From: Patescibacteria group bacterium | GTDB taxonomy: Bacteria > Patescibacteriota > Patescibacteriia > 2-12-FULL-60-25 | Length of the DNA stretch: 64,000 nt | Reading direction: 5' to 3' | Assembly: GCA_018830865.1 (NCBI GenBank) | Contig: JAHJRN010000002.1 | Coordinates: 6,243 to 70,242, forward strand | Shown: piece by piece, positions 28,963-39,530 of the stretch | Layout of the letters: each line of letters opens with the position of its first letter | Position numbering within the stretch: the first letter of the stretch is position 1 | Translations under genes and position numbers: made by a program | The notes under the pieces: model-generated | The model's database searches: none | Told to the model about the DNA's origin: nothing | The model's input: only the letters and a program-made list of their open reading frames with translations

Positions 28963-29415
28963 ATGTCCATGTTCACGAGCCCTAAGCGCGAAGATGATAT
29001 GCCAGAAGACCATTCGTTCGGCGGCAGGCCGTCGCCTGCGACCGTCATCGCGGGAGGTGTCCGCGTCGAAGGAGATTTTACGAGTCAGGGAGATGTGCTC
29101 ATCGAGGGGGAGGTCCACGGGAACGTCACGACGACCGGCCTTCTGACCGTCGGGCCACAGGCTAAACTCAAGGCTGGGGTCAAGGCCGAAAAAGCCATCA
29201 TCGCCGGCATCATCGAGGGGAACCTCGAGGTGGGGTCGCATCTCGACATCAAGTCCACGGCCAGCATCTTAGGCGACATCACGTGCCAGACGGCCTCCGT
29301 GGAGTCGGGTGCCACGATGGACGGTCGCGTCGAGATCGGTGCGAAGGCTGCACAACCCGGCCAGAAGCACGGCGCGAAGGCTGCTGCGTCCCACGACGGG
29401 AAGGAGGACGAATGA
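28963..29415 (+). CDS. bactofilin-family polymer-forming protein
   Basis: beta-helical repeats VRVEGDFTSQGDVLIEGEVHGNVTTTG...AIIAGIIEGNLEVGSHLDI. Confidence 0.85.
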   Translation: MSMFTSPKREDDMPEDHSFGGRPSPATVIAGGVRVEGDFTSQGDVLIEGEVHGNVTTTGLLTVGPQAKLKAGVKAEKAIIAGIIEGNLEVGSHLDIKSTASILGDITCQTASVESGATMDGRVEIGAKAAQPGQKHGAKAAASHDGKEDE

Positions 29416-30272
29416 ACCCCGCCTACGCCTACATCTACGACGACTTCCTGTCGGATCGTGGTTTTGAACGCGATATCGCGTCGTTGGAGACCAAACTGAA
29501 CACCTTCGAGCTCGCCGGACGTATCGGGCGGCTGGCCTTGTTTCGGAGCGCGAAGGACCTTGTCGAGGATCTCGTGCGTCAAGGCGCCACGACGGTCGTC
29601 GTGGTCGGGAACGACACGACGCTGGACAAGACGATGTGGTTTTTGCCGGATTTGGACGTGACGGTCGGGTACATCCCGGTCACCGGACCCAACGCGGTCG
29701 CGAAGCTCCTCGGTATTCCTGTCGGCGTGGAGGCTTGCGGCGTCCTTGCTGCGCGTCTCATCGAGACCATCGACATGGGACGGGTGGACGACCGGTATTT
29801 CCTCACGGAAATCTCCTTACCCGCGACCATCGCGTCTCTCGAGATCGAAGGGCAATACAACGTCTCGTCCATGCACGGCGGGTCGCTTACGGTCCGCAAC
29901 CTCGGTGGTCGTGTCGGCTCGGAGATGGTCGTGGCAGACGCGAAGGACGGTTTTCTTGAGGCGGTCATCGTCCCTATGGAGCAGGAACGATCGTCATCGC
30001 TCTGGAAACGCGTTCCGACCGCGAAAGGGACGTCCATCCACTTGCGTCATGGCGTCATCACTTCGAAGGATCCCGTCGAAGCCGTGGTGGACAACCACGC
30101 CGTAAGCGGATTCAGGTTCGAGGTCAGCGTGGTCCCGAAGAAATTGCGCATCATCACGGGCCGCGGACGTCGTCTGGGCGCCACGGGGGTCTTGCAAGAC
30201 CATGGGAGGAATGGTACTGTCCGTTCCGCGCAAAAACGCTCCTTGACGGCACGGTTCTCCTTTCCGAGGTGA
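29412..30272 (+). CDS. diacylglycerol kinase / NAD kinase-like (DAGK_cat) family protein with GNDTT in place of GGDGT
   Basis: TTVVVVGNDTTLDKT; ATGA overlap with the bactofilin stop; AAGGAGGA Shine-Dalgarno. Confidence 0.65.
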   Translation: MNPAYAYIYDDFLSDRGFERDIASLETKLNTFELAGRIGRLALFRSAKDLVEDLVRQGATTVVVVGNDTTLDKTMWFLPDLDVTVGYIPVTGPNAVAKLLGIPVGVEACGVLAARLIETIDMGRVDDRYFLTEISLPATIASLEIEGQYNVSSMHGGSLTVRNLGGRVGSEMVVADAKDGFLEAVIVPMEQERSSSLWKRVPTAKGTSIHLRHGVITSKDPVEAVVDNHAVSGFRFEVSVVPKKLRIITGRGRRLGATGVLQDHGRNGTVRSAQKRSLTARFSFPR

Positions 30273-30305
30273 CGAATCGGTCGGAATCCTGCTGAGACAA
30301 TCTAA

Positions 30306-30393
30306 GCTCAGGTGGCGGAATTTGGTATACGCACCAGCTTGAGGTGCTGGCGGGAGCAATCCCTTGGAGGTTCGAGTCCTCTCCTGAGCACCA
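30306..30393 (+). tRNA. tRNA-Leu (anticodon GAG), long variable arm, CCA encoded
   Basis: GCTCAGG acceptor, CCAGC-TTGAGGT-GCTGG anticodon arm, variable arm CGGGAGCAATCCCTTG, GGAGG-TTCGAGT-CCTCT T arm. Confidence 0.9.
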
Positions 30394-30394
30394 T

Positions 30395-30425
30395 GTAAAC
30401 ATCCCACTTCACGTGGGATGTTTAC
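30395..30425 (+). terminator. 13-bp hairpin directly after tRNA-Leu (no T-run)
   Basis: gtaaacatcccac-ttca-cgtgggatgtttac. Confidence 0.45.
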
Positions 30426-30496
30426 TATCGCGTGAATTGATGTCGTATTTGTCGCTAGAAAAAACCGCTTGGACGTCGTTATGTCCAAGCGGGAGG

Positions 30497-30844
30497 TCAT
30501 CGTGGTCGCGTCGTCCGTCGTTTCGGCTTCTGCTTTTTGACGGGGCGCCGCGCGCGGTTCGTCGCGATGACAGGTAACGCGGGCGGAGAAGGGAGGGTGT
30601 CCGTCCTCGGAGGAGCGGTCGGTCGGACCGTTAGGGACGGGGGTGGTTCCGTGCACCGGAAGCAGAGATACTCCTCGCGGAGTTGTGCGCGTTCGTTACT
30701 CAATTCGTCGATGACGTCGTCGTAGGCGAAGATGAGATCCGCGTGGTTGTGGCGCGCCGCAGCGAGGAGGATTTCTGCCCACGCAAGAAGCTTCTCGGTG
30801 GTTCGGGCGACGAGCGGGTCGCGTTTCGGGGTGTCGGACGTCAT
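30497..30844 (-). CDS. hypothetical protein (helical N-terminal half, Pro/Arg/Lys-rich tail)
   Basis: start overlaps the stop of 30841..31029 (ATGA coupling). Confidence 0.45.
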   Translation of the reverse strand: MTSDTPKRDPLVARTTEKLLAWAEILLAAARHNHADLIFAYDDVIDELSNERAQLREEYLCFRCTEPPPSLTVRPTAPPRTDTLPSPPALPVIATNRARRPVKKQKPKRRTTRPR

Positions 30845-31029
30845 GGCCGCACCGTCAGTGATGCCACATATCGCAATGCCGTTTCGCCGACCAAGAGACG
30901 GGAGATGCTCGCGGATGCACCGCCGAGGTAGACCGTGAGCGGCTCAAGAAGGATGAGCGCTATCGCGATGAGAAGGGTCGAACGTTCGAGAGGCGATTCA
31001 CGAGACAGGTCAAGAGAATGCTGTTCCAT
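30841..31029 (-). CDS. hypothetical small membrane protein (62 aa)
   Basis: GGAGGA Shine-Dalgarno 5 nt before the ATG; TM segment LLIAIALILLEPLTVYLGG. Confidence 0.45.
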   Translation of the reverse strand: MEQHSLDLSRESPLERSTLLIAIALILLEPLTVYLGGASASISRLLVGETALRYVASLTVRP

Positions 31030-31140
31030 CGATATCCTCCGTGGCCGGAGGGTAGCTGTCTTTTATGGACATAGCAAGCCCTGGACCTTCGCCGATGGAC
31101 AATCGGAGCGAAAACGCCTACACTCGGCTCCGACGGACAT

Positions 31141-31217
31141 GGACGCTTAGCTCAGTTGGTTAGAGCATCTCATTTACACTGAGAGGGTCGTAGGTTCGAA
31201 TCCTACAGCGTCCACCA
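31141..31217 (+). tRNA. tRNA-Val (anticodon TAC), CCA encoded
   Basis: GGACGCT acceptor, TCTCA-TTTACAC-TGAGA anticodon arm, GTAGG-TTCGAAT-CCTAC T arm. Confidence 0.9.
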
Positions 31218-31312
31218 TCGAGCTGAGCTCGATTATATCGAGGGGATCCGACGCTCTGAGCGTCGGTTTTCCTGTATTGCGGTGGGGTGCCGGACGCGTT
31301 ACGCTGATTCGC

Positions 31313-31858
31313 ATGGATGTTATCCTCGTGCACGGTCTCCTCGGGAACCCTACGAACGTGTGGTTCCCGTGGCTTATGGGAGAACTCGAGAAGCAGGGTA
31401 TCGCCGTGAGGAGCCTCGTGATGCCGAATCCGGCCGTGCCGGATCGGGATGCGTGGGTCGCGACGGTCAAGGACGCCATCAAAGAACCGGGTCAGACGAT
31501 TTTGGTCGGCCATTCGCTCGGGTGCGCGGCTATTCTTCAGGCCGTCGCAGCCTTCCCGCCCGAGTCGTTTCCGCGCGTCATCTTCGTGGCCGGGTTCGGG
31601 CGGTCGTTCATGGCGGCGCTCGACACGTGGTTCCCGTCGCCCATCGATTTCGAACATGTCCGGCACGTCAGCCGTGCATGGACCGTTATCCATTCGACGA
31701 ACGACCGCCTCGTTCCCTACAAGGAAGGTGTCTGGCTTGCGGATCGTTTGCATGCACAGATCGTGACGAAGGAGAACGGGCACTTCCGCGTCCGCGAAGG
31801 GGCGCAACAGCTCCCGGAGGTCCTCGACGCCATCCTTTCGACAAAAAAAGACGCATGA
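31313..31858 (+). CDS. alpha/beta serine hydrolase (YdeN/RBBP9-like)
   Basis: VILVHGLLG, GHSLGC nucleophile elbow. Confidence 0.75.
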   Translation: MDVILVHGLLGNPTNVWFPWLMGELEKQGIAVRSLVMPNPAVPDRDAWVATVKDAIKEPGQTILVGHSLGCAAILQAVAAFPPESFPRVIFVAGFGRSFMAALDTWFPSPIDFEHVRHVSRAWTVIHSTNDRLVPYKEGVWLADRLHAQIVTKENGHFRVREGAQQLPEVLDAILSTKKDA

Positions 31859-32304
31859 AACGGACGACGCTCTGCTATCCCATTCAGGATGGGAAGGTCC
31901 TGCTCGCCATGAAGAAGCGGGGATTCGGTGCAGGTAAATGGAACGGCCCGGGCGGCAAGGTCGCGGAGGGCGAGTCGGTCGAGGATGCGTGCCGGCGCGA
32001 GACCAAGGAAGAGACGGGCGTGGACGTGGGCGTCCTCGAGGACCGCGGTGTCGTGCGGTTCATCTTCGAATGCCGTCCGGAGTGGGACAATGAATGCCGT
32101 ATCTTCGTCACGAGCGACGTCATAGGCGAACCGATCGAGACCGAGGAGATGCGCCCTGCGTGGTATCCGATCGACACGTTGCCGTTCGTGGAGATGTGGG
32201 AGGACGACGCGATCTGGCTCGACGGCGTGCTCGCGGGCGGGACCGTGGACGCCACGTTCTGGTTCGATCATCACGGCATCATGCTGCGTTGGGAGAAGCG
32301 GTGA
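31855..32304 (+). CDS. NUDIX hydrolase (MutT-like)
   Basis: Nudix box GGKVAEGESVEDACRRETKEETGV; ATGA overlap with the hydrolase stop. Confidence 0.85.
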   Translation: MKRTTLCYPIQDGKVLLAMKKRGFGAGKWNGPGGKVAEGESVEDACRRETKEETGVDVGVLEDRGVVRFIFECRPEWDNECRIFVTSDVIGEPIETEEMRPAWYPIDTLPFVEMWEDDAIWLDGVLAGGTVDATFWFDHHGIMLRWEKR

Positions 32305-32341
32305 CTTTTTCGGCGGTCCCGAGCCTGCTACAATCGACATC

Positions 32342-33160
32342 ATGAAGGTCATCGCGCTCGGGACCGGTATCTGCGCGAACGGACATCTCGAGGGCGCCCG
32401 CATGTGGCCGCCCGGTTTTCTCATCGACGTGGACGGCACGCTCATCCTTCTCGATTGCAGCGAAGGTATTCGCTACCGTATCGCGGATGCGGGATACGAC
32501 TACGGTGACGTCGCGCACGTCTGCGTCACGCACGGGCATCCGGATCATGCGGCCCTGCCGCAGTTCATCCAGGCCAAGGCATGCCGATGTATCTTCGGCG
32601 CAGGCTGCCGCGTCGCGAATCCATGCGCGTTCTACCTCCCGCGGCCCCTCGTCGACCGGTTTCGTGCACTCTGGGACTGGTGTCAGCCGGAGAACGATGG
32701 GGGATACTGGAACGAGTTCACACCGACCTTCGTGTCGCTCGACGACCATGCGACGGTCACGCTGGAGAAGGAGATTCTCCTGACGTCGTACAGCGTCCCG
32801 CACGGGTTCGGTCGCCACCCCGCGATGTGCTTCAGGCTCGAGACGAAACATGGCGTCATCGCGTATTCCGGTGACAGCGGATTTTGCGACGCGCTTGCGG
32901 AGGCGGCGCATGATGCGGACCTCTTTATCTGCGAGTCGGAGAACCGGATCGGCTACGAGGATGTGACGAAGTACGGGCACCTCAATCCGCGCGAAGCCGG
33001 TGAGATCGCCAAGCGAAGCCGATGTCGCCGTCTGCGCATCACACACACCACCGGACAGGACGAGCCCGCGGCCATCCTCCATGAGGTTCGTGAGGCGGGA
33101 TACCATGGCGACGCGGCCGTGGCACGCGACGGCGACATTTATATCATTGAGAAACCTTGA
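32342..33160 (+). CDS. MBL-fold metallo-hydrolase
   Basis: CVTHGHPDHAA motif. Confidence 0.85.
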   Translation: MKVIALGTGICANGHLEGARMWPPGFLIDVDGTLILLDCSEGIRYRIADAGYDYGDVAHVCVTHGHPDHAALPQFIQAKACRCIFGAGCRVANPCAFYLPRPLVDRFRALWDWCQPENDGGYWNEFTPTFVSLDDHATVTLEKEILLTSYSVPHGFGRHPAMCFRLETKHGVIAYSGDSGFCDALAEAAHDADLFICESENRIGYEDVTKYGHLNPREAGEIAKRSRCRRLRITHTTGQDEPAAILHEVREAGYHGDAAVARDGDIYIIEKP

Positions 33161-33181
33161 CGCCGTTCGGCGTGCTATACT

Positions 33182-33454
33182 TTGAACATCTCTATGGGCA
33201 TCTTCCTTCGCACCCTCATCGGTCTCGCCATCGCGTCTGCCGGGACGTTTATGGTTCTGAAGACGCGCGTCATCCTCGGGTTCTTCGGTCCGGTCGCATG
33301 GGCGGACGCGAAGCTTGGGGGTGGCGGATCAAATCTGTTCTATAAGCTTATCGGCATCGTCATCGCGCTTATCGGTTTTCTCGTCGCCACGAACCTCTGG
33401 GAGGCGTTCCTGCAGGCGACGCTCGGATCCATCTTCGGCTTCGGTCAGACGTAA
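33182..33454 (+). CDS. hypothetical small membrane protein
   Basis: two predicted TM segments, good GC3. Confidence 0.5.
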   Translation: MNISMGIFLRTLIGLAIASAGTFMVLKTRVILGFFGPVAWADAKLGGGGSNLFYKLIGIVIALIGFLVATNLWEAFLQATLGSIFGFGQT

Positions 33455-33457
33455 CGT

Positions 33458-34027
33458 ATGGCTCTCCGCAGCGGGACGGAACTCATCAACCCCTTCAAGC
33501 TCCTCGAACGCGTAGGGATTCGTGCGGGGTTCCATGTTGCCGACCTCGGGTGCGGGTCATTGGGGCATTTTATCTTCCCGGCGGCGCAGCTCGTGGGCGC
33601 GGACGGCATCGTCTACGCCGTCGACATCCAGCGCGCCGTCCTCGAACAGGTGGAGCGGTCCGCCAAGAGCGAACATCTCTTCAACATCGAGACGGTCTGG
33701 TCCGACATCGACGTCTACGGCGCGACGCGCATCCCGGACGCATCGCTCGACCTCACGCTCGTCATCAACAACCTGTGGGTCTCGCAGAATCGTCCGCAAC
33801 TAGCTAAGGAGTCTGCGCGCCTCACCAAACCTAAGGGACGGGTCATCGTCGTCGAGTGGAAGGCGACCGCCACGCCCATGGGGCCCCCTCCGGACAGGCG
33901 GCTCGTGCAGGAGGAGGCTGAACAGGTCTTTTCGACTCCGTATCTGGCGTTCAAGGAAGCCTTCGAGGCTGGTGCCTACCATTACGGGCTCATCTACGAG
34001 CGGACGGACGCCCCGGTCGGGGATTGA
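33458..34027 (+). CDS. class I SAM-dependent methyltransferase
   Basis: VADLGCGSLGHF motif I. Confidence 0.8.
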   Translation: MALRSGTELINPFKLLERVGIRAGFHVADLGCGSLGHFIFPAAQLVGADGIVYAVDIQRAVLEQVERSAKSEHLFNIETVWSDIDVYGATRIPDASLDLTLVINNLWVSQNRPQLAKESARLTKPKGRVIVVEWKATATPMGPPPDRRLVQEEAEQVFSTPYLAFKEAFEAGAYHYGLIYERTDAPVGD

Positions 34028-34065
34028 TTGTCATTTTCCCGCGCGTAAGGCAGACTCGACTGGAT

Positions 34066-34482
34066 ATGACGCTTCCTCCATTGTTGCAGCTCTCCTATTG
34101 GTTCGATTCGCTTCCTCCGCCGTTCCTCCCGGTCATCGATCGGTCGCTGCTGGCGGTGTTCGGTATCCTGCTCGTGGCAGGTATCATCGCCCGTATTGTC
34201 GCGTCCCGTCATGGGTGGGAAAAGATGACGAAGCGCCTCGTGGCACGCTCCGGGGGCATGCTGACGACGCTCGGCGCCTTCGGCCTCGTCTTGTACGCCT
34301 TGAGCTACGAGCGGGTTCCCGTACTGTCCTCACGCCTCGGATATCTTCTGTGGGTCGGGCTACTCGGATGGTATGTCTGGAAGACTTATCGATTCATCCG
34401 CGTCGAGATTCCCAGCGTCCAGAAGCGGCGTGAAGAGCGGGAGCAACTCGAGAAATGGCTTCCCAAACCAAACAACAAGTGA
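34066..34482 (+). CDS. hypothetical membrane protein (start uncertain; the ORF track starts at TTG 34024)
   Basis: three hydrophobic segments. Confidence 0.5.
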   Translation: MTLPPLLQLSYWFDSLPPPFLPVIDRSLLAVFGILLVAGIIARIVASRHGWEKMTKRLVARSGGMLTTLGAFGLVLYALSYERVPVLSSRLGYLLWVGLLGWYVWKTYRFIRVEIPSVQKRREEREQLEKWLPKPNNK

Positions 34483-34847
34483 CCCCGAAAGATCCGCGCA
34501 GGCGGTTCGGGAACCGCGGCGAGGACCTTGCCGCGGTTTTCTTCATGTCCAAGGGATTCCGTATCGTGGCGCGCAACTGGTCCTGCCGCGCGGGTGAGAT
34601 CGATCTCATCTGCGAACGCGACGGCGTCACGCGGTTCGTGGAGGTGAAGACGCGGAGGACCACGGCGTATGGGAATCCAGAGGAAGCAGTCACGCCCGCG
34701 AAACTTCGACACCTCGGTCGTGCCGTCGAGAGCTATCTCCGCGCCGTATCCGCCTCGCCGGTCCGGTATCAGATCGACGTGCTCGGTATCCTGACCGTGC
34801 CCGGGAAACAACCGGAGTTCCATCATGTGGAGAACGTCGGGACGTAG
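34455..34847 (+). CDS. yraN: YraN-family (UPF0102) endonuclease-like protein
   Basis: GEDLAAVFFMSKGFRIVARNWSCRAGEIDLICE...RFVEVKTR. Confidence 0.8.
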   Translation: MASQTKQQVTPKDPRRRFGNRGEDLAAVFFMSKGFRIVARNWSCRAGEIDLICERDGVTRFVEVKTRRTTAYGNPEEAVTPAKLRHLGRAVESYLRAVSASPVRYQIDVLGILTVPGKQPEFHHVENVGT

Positions 34848-34862
34848 TTTTTTTGGCCCCGC

Positions 34863-34885
34863 CGTTCCTGTTTTTCGCAGGAACG
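34863..34885. terminator. hairpin between convergent yraN and queA
   Basis: cgttcctg-tttttcg-caggaacg. Confidence 0.4.
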
Positions 34886-34901
34886 ACAGATGGGGGACGA
34901 A

Positions 34902-35915
34902 TCAGACGATGAACATCGCGTCGCCGAAGGAGTAGAAGCGGTATCCGTCCTTGATAGCCTCGGCGTAGGCGACAAGGGCGATGCGGCGACCTTCGTCCGG
35001 GTCAGCGTGTTTCTCGCCGATGAACGCGGAGACGAGGACGAGGAGCGTGGACTTGGGAAGATGGAAATTCGTGATGAGGGCGTCGACGGCCGTGAAGCGG
35101 TAGCCCGGGGTGATGAACATGCCGGTGAAGCCGTGCCGGACGCCGGATTCCAGCGCGCGGACCGTCGTGGTCCCGACCGCGATGACGCGACCTCCACCGG
35201 TTTTCGTCTCCTTGATGAGCCGTGTGGTCTCGTCCGGGACGTCGACCCATTCCTCGTGCATCGTATGGTCCTCGATGCGGTCGGTCTTGATGGGGCGGAA
35301 CGTGCCGAGGCCGACATGGAGCGTCACGGTCGCGAAGCGGATGCCTCTCGTCTTCAGGTCCGAGATAAGCTCCGGCGTGAAATGGAATCCGGCCGTCGGG
35401 GCGGCGACGGAGCCGACGTTTGTGGCGTACACGGTCTGGTAGACGGTTTCGGCGTCGGCTGGCGGGCGTTCGACATACGGCGGAGTAGGCACCGAGCCGA
35501 CGCGGTCCGTCCAGGCAAGGACCTCCTCATCCGTCTTGCCGAAGTCGATGACGACGGTCCCGTCATCATGCTTTTCGACGATGGTCGCCGTCGCCTCGTC
35601 CACGAAGGCGATCGTCGAACCGGGCGTGACCTTCCGTCCGGGCTTCGCGAGGGCGATCCAACCTTCCCCGTCCGGTCGGAGCAGGAAGATTTCGATGCCG
35701 TCCGTCGTCATCAATCGCGCCTTGAAGACCCTGCTGTCGTTCACGACCAGCAGGTCGCCGGGTTTCAGGACATCGCCGATTTCGAAGAACTTTCGATGTG
35801 TAACGGTGCCAGTCGCGCGATTCATGACCAACAGCCGCGAGGCGTCGCGGGGTTTCGCGGGTTCCTGCGCGATGCGGTCCGGGGGCAGGAGATAGTCGAA
35901 ATCCGATGTGTCCAT
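34902..35915 (-). CDS. queA: S-adenosylmethionine:tRNA ribosyltransferase-isomerase
   Basis: FDYLLPPDRIAQEPAKPRDASRLLV N-terminus, about 337 aa. Confidence 0.9.
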   Translation of the reverse strand: MDTSDFDYLLPPDRIAQEPAKPRDASRLLVMNRATGTVTHRKFFEIGDVLKPGDLLVVNDSRVFKARLMTTDGIEIFLLRPDGEGWIALAKPGRKVTPGSTIAFVDEATATIVEKHDDGTVVIDFGKTDEEVLAWTDRVGSVPTPPYVERPPADAETVYQTVYATNVGSVAAPTAGFHFTPELISDLKTRGIRFATVTLHVGLGTFRPIKTDRIEDHTMHEEWVDVPDETTRLIKETKTGGGRVIAVGTTTVRALESGVRHGFTGMFITPGYRFTAVDALITNFHLPKSTLLVLVSAFIGEKHADPDEGRRIALVAYAEAIKDGYRFYSFGDAMFIV

Positions 35916-35975
35916 GGCTGTCGGGGGAGCATGCCACGCCTCGGGTCGTCCCGCAACGACGGGGGTCCTGGCGCC

Positions 35976-36004
35976 TTGCCAGAAAACCTTGGATTTGATA
36001 CGCT
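35976..36004 (+). promoter_or_regulatory. promoter TTGCCA-17-TACGCT with TGn extension, for rpmE
   Basis: TTGCCAgaaaaccttggattTGaTACGCT. Confidence 0.5.
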
Positions 36005-36016
36005 CCCGCCACGAAT

Positions 36017-36325
36017 ATGAAGGCCGAAATCCACCCGACGTACTACCCGAACGCGAAGATCGTCTGCGCGTGCGGCAATGTCGTGACCGCCGGTTCCACC
36101 GTGGAGGAAATCCACGTGGAGCTTTGTTCCAGCTGCCATCCGTTCTATACGGGCAAGCAGAAGCTCATCGATACGGCCCGCCGCGTCGAGAAGTTCGAGG
36201 CCAAGGCCGCCGCCAAGACCACCAAGAAGGGCATCCTCGGCAAGAAGGCCAAGACCGTGAAGCGCGCCGCGCAGAAGGCCGCCAAGAAGGCGCAGAAGAA
36301 GCCGACGCACCTGAACGAAGAGTAA
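36017..36325 (+). CDS. rpmE: 50S ribosomal protein L31 (Zn-type) with a Lys/Ala-rich C-terminal extension
   Basis: [10 protein letters not shown]...CACGN...[13 protein letters not shown]; about 35 extra residues of KKAAK-type tail. Confidence 0.9.
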   Translation: MKAEIHPTYYPNAKIVCACGNVVTAGSTVEEIHVELCSSCHPFYTGKQKLIDTARRVEKFEAKAAAKTTKKGILGKKAKTVKRAAQKAAKKAQKKPTHLNEE

Positions 36326-36339
36326 CGACGACAGCGCCT

Positions 36340-36366
36340 GACCGGCCGTGAGGCCGGTCTTGTGTT
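36340..36366 (+). terminator. intrinsic terminator after rpmE
   Basis: gaccggcc-gtga-ggccggtc followed by ttgtgtt. Confidence 0.65.
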
Positions 36367-36380
36367 ATCCTCCACATATC

Positions 36381-37448
36381 ATGGATCTCATCAAAGCCGC
36401 TGCCGACGCGCGCGCCAAGCTCTCGGAGCTTGAGACGAAGGTATCCTCGCCGGAGACGCTCGCCGACCAGCAGACGATCCGGGACGTTTCGCGTGCCTAC
36501 GCCCAAGCGAAGCGTGTCAGCGAGGCGGGGGAACGATATCTCGCTGCGGCGCTTGCGGCCGAGGATCTGAAGTCGGCGGCCGGGTCCAACGATGAGGAGA
36601 TGCGCGCGCTTGCGGCGGGCGAATCCGAACGCGTCACCGACGAGCTCGCGGCCGCGACGTCGGTGTTCGAGGTCGCGCTCGTGCCGCCGGATCCTCATGA
36701 CGAGGGCAACGCCATCGTCGAGATTCGGGCGGGGACCGGCGGGGAGGAAGCCGCGCTCTTCGCACAGGATCTCTTCCGCATGTACGCGCGGTTCGCGGAG
36801 CGTCACGGCTGGAAGACGTCCATGGTCTCGGAATCGTTGGCAGAGATGGGCGGATACAAGGAGGTCGTCTTCACCATCCAAGGGGCCGGCGCATTCGGCG
36901 CCATGAAGATCGAACAGGGCGTACATCGCGTCCAGCGCGTACCGACGACCGAGAAGCAGGGCCGTATCCACACGTCGACCATCACGGTCGCGGTGCTTCC
37001 CGAGGTCGAGGAGACGGAAATCACCATCGAGGCCAAGGACCTACGCATCGACACGTTCTGCGCCGGCGGCAAGGGCGGTCAGTCCGTGAACACGACCTAT
37101 TCCGCGGTCCGTATCACGCACCTGCCGACGAACACGGTCGCGTCCTGCCAAGACGAACGCTCCCAGGTCCAGAACCGCGAGCGCGCCATGCAGATCCTCC
37201 GGAGCCGCCTGTGGGAACTCGAGGAGGAGAAGCGTCGGAGCAAGATCGACGCGGACCGTAAGGCGCAGATTGGACGCGGTGAACGGTCTGAGAAGATTCG
37301 GACATACAATTTCCCGCAGGACCGAATCACGGATCATCGCATCAAGCGTTCGTGGCACAATATCCCTCAGATCTTGGACGGCGACCTCGATGAGGTCGTC
37401 CAGGCCATTAAGCTCGGGAAGACGGGGGACGCCGAGGACGAGGAGTGA
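36381..37448 (+). CDS. prfA: peptide chain release factor 1
   Basis: [14 protein letters not shown] (PxT-type) and GGQ ([12 protein letters not shown]). Confidence 0.9.
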   Translation: MDLIKAAADARAKLSELETKVSSPETLADQQTIRDVSRAYAQAKRVSEAGERYLAAALAAEDLKSAAGSNDEEMRALAAGESERVTDELAAATSVFEVALVPPDPHDEGNAIVEIRAGTGGEEAALFAQDLFRMYARFAERHGWKTSMVSESLAEMGGYKEVVFTIQGAGAFGAMKIEQGVHRVQRVPTTEKQGRIHTSTITVAVLPEVEETEITIEAKDLRIDTFCAGGKGGQSVNTTYSAVRITHLPTNTVASCQDERSQVQNRERAMQILRSRLWELEEEKRRSKIDADRKAQIGRGERSEKIRTYNFPQDRITDHRIKRSWHNIPQILDGDLDEVVQAIKLGKTGDAEDEE

Positions 37449-37565
37449 GGGGTTGACGGAATCGGAGAAATATGGTTGATTACAGTCCTCTCAGGTCAGG
37501 GGACTTGTGAAGGGGTACCCGCCCATCCGGGGGTTTAGCGCCCCAAAGGGGCAGAGGAGTGTGAG

Positions 37566-38228
37566 ATGCGTCTCGCCATGTCCGTCCTTTCCATCATGAT
37601 ACTTGGTTCCGTCATCGGTTGCGTCAGCGAGCCGGAGGCCGACAGCCTTCAGCAGACCTCGACCACCACGACGCCTACAGGCGGAAGTGGCGGCGAAGCC
37701 GGTTCCACCCAGACAGGCGGCTCTGGAGGTTCCGGCGGTGACGTCGGAGGCTCGACAGCCACGGGTGGCTCTGGAGGTTCCGGCGGCGCGAGCTGTCCGG
37801 ACGCCGAAGGCACGGTCCGGTTCCGTTGGAGCAAGCCCGACGGGTATGATCTCGCCGGGGGCGCCATCCGCGTCTGCGGGGAATATGCACTTCCCGGCGG
37901 AGACCCGGTCAGTCACTGGGACTGCTCCGGGACGGTCCCGAACGTTACCGGGTTCTGTCAGATGCAGCCCGTGGGCGGTGGCGTGTACGAGTGCACGGCG
38001 GACGTCCCGGTCGCGGCGCTCGTGACGTACACCATCTACATCGGCGGCAATCCGGACGCCTACGCGTTCGATTACTGCGAGTGGCCGGGTGGCGGCTATG
38101 GCGAGACCTTCGGGACTCCCGAGGTCGAGCATCAGTGTGCCCTGCTCGAAGTCGACCCGGAGGACAACGAAAGCGATGCCTATCTATGCACCATGAACGG
38201 CCTGTTCACGGTGCCGGGCGAGCTCTAG
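37566..38228 (+). CDS. secreted lipoprotein with a Gly/Ser-rich linker and a Cys-rich C-terminal domain
   Basis: lipobox LGSVIGC, GGSGGSGG repeats, GAGGAG Shine-Dalgarno. Confidence 0.65.
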   Translation: MRLAMSVLSIMILGSVIGCVSEPEADSLQQTSTTTTPTGGSGGEAGSTQTGGSGGSGGDVGGSTATGGSGGSGGASCPDAEGTVRFRWSKPDGYDLAGGAIRVCGEYALPGGDPVSHWDCSGTVPNVTGFCQMQPVGGGVYECTADVPVAALVTYTIYIGGNPDAYAFDYCEWPGGGYGETFGTPEVEHQCALLEVDPEDNESDAYLCTMNGLFTVPGEL

Positions 38229-38257
38229 CCCATCTCCTGTCGCCATCCGGCGACTTG

Positions 38258-38300
38258 CGCCCTGACCGCATCACGCGGAAGGGGCGCTTTTCTTTTTTTG
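38258..38300 (+). terminator. intrinsic terminator after 37566..38228
   Basis: gcgccct...aggggcgc stem followed by ttttcttttttt. Confidence 0.6.
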
Positions 38301-38330
38301 CAAGGTAGAGCCCAAGAGTCCCCGTCACCA

Positions 38331-38359
38331 TTGACAAAACCCCAATTTTCTGGTAGGGT
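38331..38359 (+). promoter_or_regulatory. promoter TTGACA-17-TAGGGT with TGn extension; the spacer resembles the promoters at 191..219 and 7999..8027
   Basis: ccaTTGACAaaaccccaattttcTGgTAGGGT. Confidence 0.5.
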
Positions 38360-38419
38360 CGGGGTAACAAAATTCTCAAATAACAACAGTTCTTCGACAT
38401 TGTCGATCAGGAGGTGGTG

Positions 38420-39427
<1,008 letters not shown>

Positions 39428-39458
39428 GGCGTACCTTGCCCCTCTGAAGGGGCATCTT

Positions 39459-39530
39459 GGGCCCGCTCTCCCGACACCGATTCCGCATTTTGCGGACTCG
39501 GGTCGGGATGGAGCGGGCCCTTTTCTATTT
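39459..39530 (+). terminator. long compound hairpin plus T-run after 38420..39427
   Basis: gggcccgctc ... gagcgggccc followed by ttttctattt. Confidence 0.7.

Noticed and set aside
30273-31312. Integrated mobile element or prophage remnant at the tRNA-Leu / tRNA-Val pair.
   Set aside because: There is no integrase, no recombinase and no duplicated tRNA 3' end. Only two small hypothetical genes lie here, and they are kept as a low-interest finding instead.
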